From positions 10,401 to 74,400 of the forward strand of contig JAFYER010000009.1 of NCBI GenBank assembly GCA_017544165.1: DNA of 64,000 nucleotides, written 5' to 3'. The translations under genes and the position numbers were made by a program. The notes under the pieces were generated by a model, which worked only from the letters and a program-made list of their open reading frames with translations, was not told the DNA's origin and ran no database searches. Within the stretch, counting starts at the first letter, position 1. Every line of letters begins with the position of its first letter. The stretch is from Bacilli bacterium (GTDB taxonomy: Bacteria; Bacillota_I; Bacilli_A; RF39; UBA660). Below are positions 20,264 through 29,634 of this stretch, one piece after another.

Positions 20264-20815
20264 TTAATATTTTATGCCATCTTGTTTACCAATCATTGAT
20301 TTTTGTAATACTCTTGTTCTTTCTATGTAATCTAATTTATAAACATTAATACCTTTGAAATAATATAAGTAAGCTTCAACTGCTTTTTCATGATCATATT
20401 GACTTCTATTACCTTTTAGTATTTGTAAAGCTTCTTCTTCAGTTGGCTTAAATGTTGCAAATAATTTAACAATATCCGAGGATGATGAGTGTGACATTAT
20501 ATCAATTATTTCTTCTCTTGAAAGAAATTTTATTATTTGAATATCACTTACACTATACATACCATAATAAGGTTCTGCCCAAGTTTCGTCTTCACTTAAA
20601 ACATAATCCCCACTTCCAATAACATAGGCGACATCGATATCATTAGGATCAAAATATCTAAATACATCGCTTAAATGAACACACATATGAAAACCATTAC
20701 CATTATTGCCAAAAGAAATAGGTCCATCTATATGATAGTTTTTTCCCTCTTCGAAGAGCATTCCATACCTATTTGTTCTATTTTTATTAAACGCTTTATA
20801 ACCCATTATCTCCAT
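20264..20815 (-). CDS. Hypothetical protein with a phage-type GYK...GFHxC domain
   Basis: GYKAFNKN...FEEGKNY...GNGFHMCVHLSDVFRYF resembles a domain common in phage proteins. Confidence 0.55.
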   Translation of the reverse strand: MEIMGYKAFNKNRTNRYGMLFEEGKNYHIDGPISFGNNGNGFHMCVHLSDVFRYFDPNDIDVAYVIGSGDYVLSEDETWAEPYYGMYSVSDIQIIKFLSREEIIDIMSHSSSSDIVKLFATFKPTEEEALQILKGNRSQYDHEKAVEAYLYYFKGINVYKLDYIERTRVLQKSMIGKQDGIKY

Positions 20816-20870
20816 ATGATTCCCCCATATTAATTATAACATGTTTTTTAGTACAACTTAAAAACAGTAT

Positions 20871-21809
20871 TTAACCTAATGGCCAACCAATAAAAGAAAC
20901 TATTTTTTTATATTTAGTTATGAAATCTTCTATTTCTTTTTTATTAATTATGATAATGTTTTTGTTTTTTTCATATTTACCATATTGATTTATATTTGAA
21001 AAGAAATAAAACTTATTCTTTGTGTAAATATTTTTATAATTTAAATCGCCTATGTTTATAGGGCCTTTTTTAATTTGAACGTATGCTAAGCTTCCATCAT
21101 TTCTTGAAAAAAGTACACACTCTTGAGTCTTTGTTGATTTTTTACAAGTACTAGAATAAATACCATAATTCTTTTTTATCTGTAAGTATAATATTATTAA
21201 TTCTTCTAATTGATCAGGTTTTATATTACTCCACATATCATTAATATTTTTTACTTGATCAACTTTATAATAATTCTTATTTGTTAATTTATTATATAGT
21301 GCTTTAGAAAAATTTGTTGTTACATCTCTGTTTTTTTGGATTTTGCAAATAGTTCCAACATTGAAGGAATCAACAATATCACCATTTACTTTTTCTTCGG
21401 TCCCCACCTCTAATATTTCACATTTTATACCATGCCAAATGTCATAATTATCATGTTCTTTTTGCTCTTCTGGAGACATTTCATTTCTAATATAATCAAC
21501 CTTATTGCCTAATACTCTACACAAATAATAAATGCTACCGCTTCTAGTCCATATTAAATCATCTTTCTTAATTTCAAAATAAGCTTTTAACACTTTTTTG
21601 AAGCTACTACTATTCCAATTAGGTTTGAATGAAATATGTTCATTAACTATTTTATTAATATCATGATTCGAATTACCAATATTATATTTAGTTTCCCAAC
21701 CAATTCCCAAAATGTTTTTAGATTTGCAATAATTAAACGTTAATACTTGTTTATCTTTACTTTCATGAGTATGAATATTAATTCACCATAATACTATATT
21801 ATCTTTCAT
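20871..21809 (-). pseudogene. Restriction-endonuclease-like (Mrr/PD-(D/E)XK) gene with in-frame TGA at codon 9
   Basis: RBS AGGAG plus ATG 21809 gives MKDNIVIW*INIHTHESKDKQVLTFNYCKSKNILGIGW..., continuous with the 279-aa ORF; C-terminal PDQLEELI...ECVL...YVQIK. Confidence 0.65.
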
Positions 21810-21939
21810 ATATAAGTTCTCCTAACTATTTTTATTAAATGCCTTATAGCCTCTTATCTTTATGGCATCTCCTTTTAATTAAGTATATCATCTTTTATCT
21901 CCAATTAAAAAACATATAGTGTTTTCTATATGTTTTTTC

Positions 21940-22314
21940 TTAATCATAAATTCCTTCTTCGAATTCAGAGCGATCTAGAATTCTAATATTTTTTTCAAGA
22001 GCTTTATCTTTAATCTTTTGTTTGACATAAAAGTTAGTTACTATAATACCATGGGCTACATCTTCTTTTTCCATATCTTTAAACGTTTCTTCGATTTGTT
22101 TTTCAGTAATTTCAGTGTTCAAATATGATTGAACAGTATACTTAACACCATCTTTAGCTACTCTTTGATCATTATCATTTGTTTTATCACTATCTGCAAG
22201 TCTTACATCATCGATAGTGATAGGATTATAATGATGTTTATAAAACATCGTGTTAATATAATTTCTAAATTCCCTTTCATCCATATAATTGTCTACTATT
22301 TTAATTTCTTCCAT
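21940..22314 (-). CDS. Stand-alone Mrr_cat-like restriction endonuclease domain (degenerate active site)
   Basis: MDEREF...D..VAKDGVKYTVQSY...GIIVTN...A..NIRILDR follows the Mrr fold pattern; QxK is replaced by QSY. Confidence 0.6.
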   Translation of the reverse strand: MEEIKIVDNYMDEREFRNYINTMFYKHHYNPITIDDVRLADSDKTNDNDQRVAKDGVKYTVQSYLNTEITEKQIEETFKDMEKEDVAHGIIVTNFYVKQKIKDKALEKNIRILDRSEFEEGIYD

Positions 22315-22350
22315 AAAAACTTCCTTTACTTTAAATAATTATATCATATA

Positions 22351-24180
22351 TTATTCAACAGTAACTGATTTAGCTAGATTTCTAGGTTTATCAACATCTA
22401 CTCCCCTTGAAACCGCGATATAATAACCAAGAAGTTGAAGTGGTATGACAGTAAGTGATGGATAAAAAAATTTATTTGTCTTAGGAATACTAATTTTATA
22501 ATTAGATACTTTACTAACATCAATATTATCCGGAGAAATTGTTAAAATATAACCTCCTCTTGCCTTAACTTCCGTTAAATTACTTAAAGTTTTTTCATAT
22601 ACAGCTTCTTGAGTTACAACACCGATTACTAAAGTATTATCTTCGATAAGACTAATTGTTCCATGTTTGAGCTCCCCAGCGGCATAAGCTTCACTATGAA
22701 TATAACTAATTTCTTTTAGTTTTAGACTTCCTTCGAGTGATATTGCATAGTCAAGTCCTCTTCCTATATAAAATGCATCTTGAGCACTAGAAAGTTCACT
22801 AGCTATTTTTTGTATACCTTTTAAATCATCATTTAAAATATTATTTACTTTTTCAGGAAGCGACTGCATTTCTTTTAACAAATCAGAATATACTTCTTTA
22901 TCAATTTGTTTTTTAGCACAAGCAAGCTCAATAGCTAATAGATAAGAAACAATCAATTGAGTGCTAAATGCTTTTGTCGTAGCTACAGCTATTTCTGGAC
23001 CTGCTAAAGTATATAAAACATAGTCAGCTTCCCTAGCTATCGAAGAGCCAACTACATTTACAATTGCAAGAGTTTTGATACCTCTGTTTTTAGCTTCCCT
23101 TAGGGCTGCTAAAGAATCAGCTGTCTCACCTGATTGACTGATAATTATGACAAGGTCATTTTCCTTTAATAAAGGATTTTTATATCTAAACTCAGAAGCC
23201 ACATCCACTCTTACAGGGACTCTCGCTAAATCCTCGATAACATAACTTGCACATACACCAACGTGATAAGCCGAACCGCAGGCAACGATATATATTTGCT
23301 CGACATTTTTTAAGATATCCTTTGTTAAATTACATTTAGTAAAATCAATAGAACCATCATTAATATAAGAACTAATAGTCTTTTTTATTACTTCAGGTTG
23401 TTCATGAATTTCTTTAATCATAAAATGCTCATAACCTTCTTTTTCCGCCGAGGTTATATCCCAATCAATTACTTTCAATTCTTTTTCAATTGTATCACCA
23501 TTTAAATCATAAAAAATAATCTCGTCTTTTTTAAGACATGCTGATTCTAGATTATCAATATAGTAAACATTATTTGTATATTTAAGTATTGCCGGTACAT
23601 CAGAAGCTAAATATACACCGTCTTTACCTTTACCAATTATCATTGGGGAATCTTTTCTAGCCACCCATATTTCATCTGGATGATTTTTAAACATAACCGC
23701 TATGGCATATGATCCCCTTACCCTAACCATCGTCCGGTTAATGGCATCACTAGGACCATTTTTATATTTTTTATAATAATAATCAATTAAGTTTGCAAGA
23801 ACTTCAGTATCTGTTTGACTATAAAAGATGTATCCATGTTTCTGTAATTTTTTAATTAACTCTTGATAGTTTTCAATTATACCATTATGAACTAATGTAA
23901 CGCTTTGGTCATTTGATACATGAGGATGTGCATTTGTTTCGCTCGGTTCACCATGGGTAGCCCATCTTGTATGACCTATTCCACATGTACCATTCAATTT
24001 TTTATTTTTTAATTTTTCCTCAAGGTTGATTATTTTTCCTTTTGCTTTATATATTTTAATATCTTTTTCTTGAACGGCAACTCCAGCTGAATCATATCCA
24101 CGATATTCTAGTTTAGAAAGACCATCAAGTAAAATATCTATTGCTTTGTTTTTTCCATTATATCCTACTATTCCACACAT
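22351..24180 (-). CDS. glmS: Glutamine--fructose-6-phosphate aminotransferase (true start MCGIVG at 24180)
   Basis: MCGIVGY, LEYRGYDSAG, GHTRWATHG, SQSGETAD, C-terminal DVDKPRNLAKSVTVE. Confidence 0.98.
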   Translation of the reverse strand: MCGIVGYNGKNKAIDILLDGLSKLEYRGYDSAGVAVQEKDIKIYKAKGKIINLEEKLKNKKLNGTCGIGHTRWATHGEPSETNAHPHVSNDQSVTLVHNGIIENYQELIKKLQKHGYIFYSQTDTEVLANLIDYYYKKYKNGPSDAINRTMVRVRGSYAIAVMFKNHPDEIWVARKDSPMIIGKGKDGVYLASDVPAILKYTNNVYYIDNLESACLKKDEIIFYDLNGDTIEKELKVIDWDITSAEKEGYEHFMIKEIHEQPEVIKKTISSYINDGSIDFTKCNLTKDILKNVEQIYIVACGSAYHVGVCASYVIEDLARVPVRVDVASEFRYKNPLLKENDLVIIISQSGETADSLAALREAKNRGIKTLAIVNVVGSSIAREADYVLYTLAGPEIAVATTKAFSTQLIVSYLLAIELACAKKQIDKEVYSDLLKEMQSLPEKVNNILNDDLKGIQKIASELSSAQDAFYIGRGLDYAISLEGSLKLKEISYIHSEAYAAGELKHGTISLIEDNTLVIGVVTQEAVYEKTLSNLTEVKARGGYILTISPDNIDVSKVSNYKISIPKTNKFFYPSLTVIPLQLLGYYIAVSRGVDVDKPRNLAKSVTVE

Positions 24181-24246
24181 AAGTATTCCTCCATTAAATA
24201 ATATATATAAGTATAACATAGAATAAAAAAAATAAAAAAGATGTCT

Positions 24247-24966
24247 TTACACATCTTTTTCAAAATTATCAATTATTTCAATAATCTTTTCTTTATGAGT
24301 ATTGGCTATGTCATGGCCTCCACCTTCAATAATTGCTATTCTTTTCTTTATATCATTTGATACATTATTTATTACCAAATTAGGATTAACCTGATCATCA
24401 TCCAATCCATATATTATTTTAAGCACATTTGGATTTATCTTTTCTAAATCATCAATTAATTCCTCTCTTACGATATTTTGATAGGAAGCATTTAAAAATT
24501 TTGTTCCATGCATCATATAAGGATTTTTAATAATATGTTTCAAATACCAATCACGTAATACAATTCTTAATTTTTGCATAAATCCCGGTGTTTTAATCAT
24601 ATTCTTTGATTTAGTCTTATTTCTTGTTATAGCCGGTGAAACAAGGATTATCTTTTGATTTTTATCATATAAAAGATGATATTTTAAAGCAACTGCCCCA
24701 CCAAAAGAATAACCTAAAATATAATCAACCTTTAAACTATTATTTTGTAAATAGTTTTTTACATAGTAAGCATAATCCTCCAAATTAAATGGCTTATTTG
24801 GTTCTTTTTCACCACAAAAACCTGGGAAGTTAATTTTATAAACATCATATTCTTTTCCTAAAGCATTTACAAAATCCTTGCGGTTTTCCCAAGCATCTTT
24901 TGAATTTGTCATGCTAGTATAATTTTTCCAATTCCACCCATGTAATAATAATATCTTTTTTTTCAT
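24247..24966 (-). CDS. Alpha/beta hydrolase
   Basis: LLHGW, FPGF, nucleophile GYSFGG, D in GLDD, H in GGGHD. Confidence 0.88.
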   Translation of the reverse strand: MKKKILLLHGWNWKNYTSMTNSKDAWENRKDFVNALGKEYDVYKINFPGFCGEKEPNKPFNLEDYAYYVKNYLQNNSLKVDYILGYSFGGAVALKYHLLYDKNQKIILVSPAITRNKTKSKNMIKTPGFMQKLRIVLRDWYLKHIIKNPYMMHGTKFLNASYQNIVREELIDDLEKINPNVLKIIYGLDDDQVNPNLVINNVSNDIKKRIAIIEGGGHDIANTHKEKIIEIIDNFEKDV

Positions 24967-26378
24967 TTCTCTTCCTTTATAATAGGATATTTTTCTTTAT
25001 CATAAATATTTAAATTATTTTCATCATAATTATCCCATACCCGAAAATATCCCGAATAATGATATATAATAGTTCCTTTTAAATCTTGCATAAAATCATG
25101 ATTATTTACAACTACTACATTATCACCATCTTTTAATTCCTCTAAATACTCAACATCACCAAATATATATACTTTTTTATACCTATCAAAAAAGTCTTTA
25201 ATGTTAGCTATTCTTAAGGTGTTTTCAGCACTACCAACTTTTCTTAAAACTAAATATTTATTTTGATACATATTATCAGATAATTCTTTAATTCTTTCAT
25301 ATGTTGTTACATCACCATCAAATAAAATCGTTTTACCAAATGCTATCTCTTTTTGGACACGGTTTTCAACAGGAATATACTCTTCCATACCCTTTTTTAT
25401 TTCAACATTTGTTAAACCAAGCTCTTTACCAATTTCGTAAGCAACTGCATATTGCTTTTTAGATAAACTGGAAAGCATAAAAGGTTCAATAACAATTTGA
25501 TTATCAATATTAAAACAATCATTTTCTATTGTTATTTTATCTAAATCAATTCTTTCTAATTGTAGGTTACTATTATTAAGGATAGTTTTGTCATCATATT
25601 TTAAAATATCAGAATCAAGGTGCAATTTATCTAAATAAGGATCACCTTTAATTAAAAAACATTTTTTCGAACACTGCATTATATATGACTTATAAAAACA
25701 TATATCATCTATGGTCTTAAGTTTTTCAATACCTAAGTGCGATGATTCTATATTTAAAATAGCACTTATCTCAGGATTTAATAAACCTGCTAAAATCTTA
25801 ACATGATCGTGGTAATATATGCTATTTTCTAAAACAATATAATCAATTTCATCGTTTAAATTATTGATTATAGTTGATTTTAGAACTAATGGTGTAATTC
25901 TTTTAGAATATATTCTAAATACATTGTACTTTTGCTTCAAGATGGATTCAATTAAACCAACACAAGTAGTCTTTCCAACTGAGCCTGTGACCGCAATCGT
26001 TTTAGCATGAGATTTACTTTTAAAATAGTTAAATAAATCATCGATAGTTTGATTAACGTCTTCGACCATAATATATTTATAATCACAGTTCTTTAATTTA
26101 CTCTTCATTGTTTTATCAACTATAAAAGTATAATTAGGATAATTACACATAAGTTCAAGTAAATTACTCCGCATATCAATATCATTTATATACCAAGCGT
26201 CTAAAGCCTCTTCATGTGTTAAATATAAAACAAAAAACAAAGGATTTGAAAAACTGCTTTCAAGAACACTGGTATTATGAGCAATACGAAAGTAATCAAA
26301 TAAAGTGACACTATCAATATTGTTAGAGCCTATAACATTGGTAATATTTTTTAATTCATCAAAGCTTATTTTATTCAT
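24963..26378 (-). CDS. Divergent Mur-ligase-family protein (MurF-like)
   Basis: IAVTGSVGKTT P-loop, IVLE, ILNIESSH, ENR; overlaps the hydrolase gene (ATGA). Confidence 0.75.
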   Translation of the reverse strand: MNKISFDELKNITNVIGSNNIDSVTLFDYFRIAHNTSVLESSFSNPLFFVLYLTHEEALDAWYINDIDMRSNLLELMCNYPNYTFIVDKTMKSKLKNCDYKYIMVEDVNQTIDDLFNYFKSKSHAKTIAVTGSVGKTTCVGLIESILKQKYNVFRIYSKRITPLVLKSTIINNLNDEIDYIVLENSIYYHDHVKILAGLLNPEISAILNIESSHLGIEKLKTIDDICFYKSYIMQCSKKCFLIKGDPYLDKLHLDSDILKYDDKTILNNSNLQLERIDLDKITIENDCFNIDNQIVIEPFMLSSLSKKQYAVAYEIGKELGLTNVEIKKGMEEYIPVENRVQKEIAFGKTILFDGDVTTYERIKELSDNMYQNKYLVLRKVGSAENTLRIANIKDFFDRYKKVYIFGDVEYLEELKDGDNVVVVNNHDFMQDLKGTIIYHYSGYFRVWDNYDENNLNIYDKEKYPIIKEEK

Positions 26379-26432
26379 AAGAAATCACCACAATAATTAT
26401 ATCATACATATATATAAATAAAAACAAGCACG

Positions 26433-26860
26433 AAAAAAGATATGCTGCATGTCGAACAACATATCTCCTCTGCGGTTAATTTCTCACTATGAACTTCTCG
26501 ACATTTAATCCATAGCTCTTATCAAGTTTCCGCAAGTGACACTCAGTTAATAGCCTTGATAAACGCAATCATTAATATTTTTAAATATAATTATTTAATT
26601 AATACAATTAAGTAAATAATTAAATATATTATAAATAATTAATTAATAATACTGCATATTTTTTTAATTTTTAAATATTACTATTTAAAAATCTAATAAT
26701 ACTTTTTATATATCATTATATTATTCATATAATAATATATTTTTTTATACTATTATATTTATCATATAATAATATAATTTTAATATTAACTTATTTAACT
26801 TTATTCAAGTTATTTAAATTATATTAATAGTATTATTTATGCATTGCTTACTATTAACTG
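26433..26860 (-). ncRNA. Candidate structured non-coding RNA or leader (AU-rich 5' part, pseudoknotted 3' part, terminator)
   Basis: Promoter-like TTGACT-N18-TACAAT (26895-26866), no ORF, stems TTATCAAG/CTTGATAA and CTATGGATT/AGTTCATAG, terminator AGATATGTTG/CAGCATATCT-TTTTT. Confidence 0.5.
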
Positions 26861-26969
26861 TATTTATTGTACTACATGGCAAATATAAAAGTCAACACTT
26901 TTTTACAAATTTTTTAAATTTTTTTCAAAAAAAATGAACTACCCTTAAAGATAGCCCATTTTATCGCTA

Positions 26970-28076
26970 TTATTGATCTAGTGTAAAGCCTATATTAAAT
27001 GTAATATTTGCACCAGACGCAGAAGTATCACAGTCAATATCTTGACCCTCAATCCATAAGTATACACGAATTTTTGTAATACCTGCGCTTAATGATAAAC
27101 CAATACTAACTGGTGTTGGAGCAGGAGTCCCTGTATTTGTTGTGAAAGCTGCTGTTGTTCTAGTTAAGTAGTTACCAGTCATCGCTGTAAAATAACTACC
27201 ACTATCATGAGCATTAGTATTTGCCCAAGCAATTTCATTTGAATCAGATATTGCGGCTGATACACCATCCCATGATACCCAATCATTACCAGTACCCTCG
27301 CTTAATGATGTATAATCAGCACCTGAAGTTGATCCATATGTATAATCTTGATAATATTGACGAGCTTGTTCAATACCAAATGCGTTGTGTTGATCGGAGT
27401 TTGGTTCTACTATTAACACACTAGTTCCTCCGGAATATGCAGCCAACGTTGCTGCTGGAGTTGTTGCGGCACCATTACCTTCTACAATGAATCCCATTCT
27501 AACAGCGTTTTGTGCACCTTTATCAGCATTGTTCCCAGTTACTATTGCACCAGACCCAACATTTAAGTATACCGGTCCAGCTTCATCAACTTTTAAGAAA
27601 ATATCAAATGCAATGAAATCGCCAGTAGTAGTTGATTTAGCTTCAGCTGGTGTTGCCGAAGCAGTTAAGCCTAGAACACCATCAGTATTCTTATCATCGA
27701 TAACACCTTTATACATAACAAGCTTTCCACCTGAAACGGCACCCGCTGTTGATACAGGGCTTAAGTTTGTTAATGAAAATTGATTTTGATCGACTAAATC
27801 ATTAACACTATCATTATCCGTATCAAATGCATAACCTGTTGTTATATCGCTATTAGATATTAATGTTTTCCAAGAGTTTGCATCCGTAGATATTTGAATA
27901 CCATTACTGGTAGATACTGTTACGTTAATTGCATCAATTGTAACACTTCTATTAGCGGTAAACCATGCATAGGTTGATGTTGCTAATAAAATAATTGTTA
28001 AGAACAGTAATAACAGCAATGATCCTAATTTTCTTCTCTTCTTTCCATTTTTCTTTCTAGAACTCATTTCCTTCAC
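26970..28076 (-). CDS. SipW-type-signal surface protein (candidate major TasA-like fibre subunit)
   Basis: Basic N-terminus, hydrophobic helix, then STYA/WF; Thr/Ser/Gly-rich beta sequence; C-terminal YLWIEGQDIDC. Confidence 0.7.
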   Translation of the reverse strand: MKEMSSRKKNGKKRRKLGSLLLLLFLTIILLATSTYAWFTANRSVTIDAINVTVSTSNGIQISTDANSWKTLISNSDITTGYAFDTDNDSVNDLVDQNQFSLTNLSPVSTAGAVSGGKLVMYKGVIDDKNTDGVLGLTASATPAEAKSTTTGDFIAFDIFLKVDEAGPVYLNVGSGAIVTGNNADKGAQNAVRMGFIVEGNGAATTPAATLAAYSGGTSVLIVEPNSDQHNAFGIEQARQYYQDYTYGSTSGADYTSLSEGTGNDWVSWDGVSAAISDSNEIAWANTNAHDSGSYFTAMTGNYLTRTTAAFTTNTGTPAPTPVSIGLSLSAGITKIRVYLWIEGQDIDCDTSASGANITFNIGFTLDQ

Positions 28077-28087
28077 TCCATTTCATT

Positions 28088-28795
28088 CTATCTTGTATTA
28101 ACGTGTTCCTCAGTAACCTTCATATGCATTTTTATTTGGCCACCAATTAATGCATCAATGCAATCAGGGTCATCACCTTCAATCCATATGACTACAGTTA
28201 CTTTGTCAAATTCGCCGGGTGCTAAATTTTTTCTAACTTCTCTTATTACAGTACCATCTTTTTCCTGTAGAAAACCTTCCGTATCCTTTTCAGGTTTTCC
28301 ATCAAGATGATTCACTTTGGCATATATTTTTCGCTCATCGTTAACAATAATCATTACCCGAATTGCCTCATCGACATCTCTAACAACGTCATCTGAATAC
28401 ATTTCATACCAGTAATTAAACACGGTATCGCTTTGATTTTCGACGTAAAATGTATATGCTATATAATTATCTCCATTATGTGACCCTTCCGCCTCTTCAT
28501 CGATATTCTTAGGAATCCAATCTATAGATATATTATCCATGAATTGAAGATTCTCGGCTTTCAATCTTCTTTTAGGCGTTGGATCTTTTTGAGATTCATA
28601 AATAGCCATACCACTTTCTAGTTGTTCATTATCTCTTATGCTTACATAAAAGCTACCATTATTGATTCTAAATTCTAGAACAATATAGATAACAAACAAA
28701 ATCATCAGCAATAATAATACTGATAGTTTAAGCCTTTTGCCAAAGCTTTGCCACCACTTTATCTTCGAGGCAGTTACAATGACATCTTTAGCCAT
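28088..28795 (-). CDS. Membrane-anchored paralogue of 26970..28076 (candidate fibre anchor)
   Basis: N-terminal TM without the TYAxF motif; shares C-terminal VIWIEGDDPDC and AIRVMII/AVRMGFI motifs. Confidence 0.65.
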   Translation of the reverse strand: MAKDVIVTASKIKWWQSFGKRLKLSVLLLLMILFVIYIVLEFRINNGSFYVSIRDNEQLESGMAIYESQKDPTPKRRLKAENLQFMDNISIDWIPKNIDEEAEGSHNGDNYIAYTFYVENQSDTVFNYWYEMYSDDVVRDVDEAIRVMIIVNDERKIYAKVNHLDGKPEKDTEGFLQEKDGTVIREVRKNLAPGEFDKVTVVIWIEGDDPDCIDALIGGQIKMHMKVTEEHVNTR

Positions 28796-29023
28796 ATAAC
28801 CACTCCCTTCAGAACTTGTGGCTATTATAATGTATACGAACTTACCTTATCATATACACTACCATTATAATATAAAGGATTTTATAATGCAACAAAATTC
28901 GACCATTTTTTCCTACAATTATTTATATGTAAAATATGCTGTAAAATTGACAATTATTGGCATTTATTCGATTAGTTACTGTACATTTTATTGTATAATA
29001 AAAGAGAATAAGGAGGAGTCTAT

Positions 29024-29602
29024 ATGAGATACGGCAGAAAAATTGTTGTTTTTGCAGCATTAATCGCATTATTTTATTGTGTCTCAATAATAGAGTCCAC
29101 TTATGCTAAGTATTTAACAACTGCAGTAGGAACTGCAAACATGACATTTGCAAGATGGAATATTTTAGTAAATTCACAAGATGTTATTAATAATTCTAAC
29201 TTCAGTTCTACTATCCAACCAGATTTTACAGGAACTGCTAATATTGCTTCAGGAGTAATTGCTCCGACAGCTCAAGGTTCATTTGATATTGAGCTTGATA
29301 TGACTGAAGTTGACGTTTCCCTAGATTATACTGTATCTGCTGCTCTATCAAGCAGCAATACAGTTACCGATTTAAGAATTCTAAGTTATACAATTGATAA
29401 TGTTACTACTCAATATAATGGTAGTTTTACAAATAGATTGCTTGTAAATGCTGTTAATAGAACAGTTACTATAACATTTAATGTCGAATGGGTTGAAGAT
29501 CTTCAAGATGGTGCGATAATGAATAATGCTGCAGATACAGCAGCAGCCACAAATGGTGTTGCTGCCATCGATGTAAGCGTAAACTTTGTACAAGTAAGAT
29601 AA
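29024..29602 (+). CDS. SipW-type-signal TasA/CalY-like subunit
   Basis: RBS AAGGAGGAG; STYA/KY, ARWNILVN, GVIAPTAQGSFDIELD. Confidence 0.75.
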   Translation: MRYGRKIVVFAALIALFYCVSIIESTYAKYLTTAVGTANMTFARWNILVNSQDVINNSNFSSTIQPDFTGTANIASGVIAPTAQGSFDIELDMTEVDVSLDYTVSAALSSSNTVTDLRILSYTIDNVTTQYNGSFTNRLLVNAVNRTVTITFNVEWVEDLQDGAIMNNAADTAAATNGVAAIDVSVNFVQVR

Positions 29603-29634
29603 AAAAAATAATGGTCTATTTCCATTATTTTTTT
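29601..29634. terminator. Bidirectional terminator
   Basis: AAAAAATAATGG-N7-CCATTATTTTTT between convergent stops. Confidence 0.75.

Noticed and set aside
20152-20349. 65-aa plus-strand ORF at the island end
   Set aside because: It starts inside the arm repeat, crosses attR and overlaps a real gene on the opposite strand.
21783-21785. Genetic code 4 (TGA = Trp) readthrough
   Set aside because: TGA terminates genes at 24963, 33535, 36065 and 57131, and Trp is encoded by TGG in conserved positions.
26433-26570. glmS ribozyme, SAM-I riboswitch or T-box
   Set aside because: The AGCGCC core of glmS, the SAM-I core beyond a CTCTTATCAAG look-alike (which is on the wrong strand) and the T-box GGTGG.ACC motif are all missing; the region is also 2 kb from glmS.
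26570-26860. Replication origin / DNA unwinding element
   Set aside because: Very AT-rich, but I saw no TTATCCACA DnaA boxes, no nearby dnaA or rep gene, and no switch in gene-strand bias.
28818-29027. 69-aa plus-strand ORF
   Set aside because: It spans a divergent promoter region, lacks an RBS and has no protein-like features.
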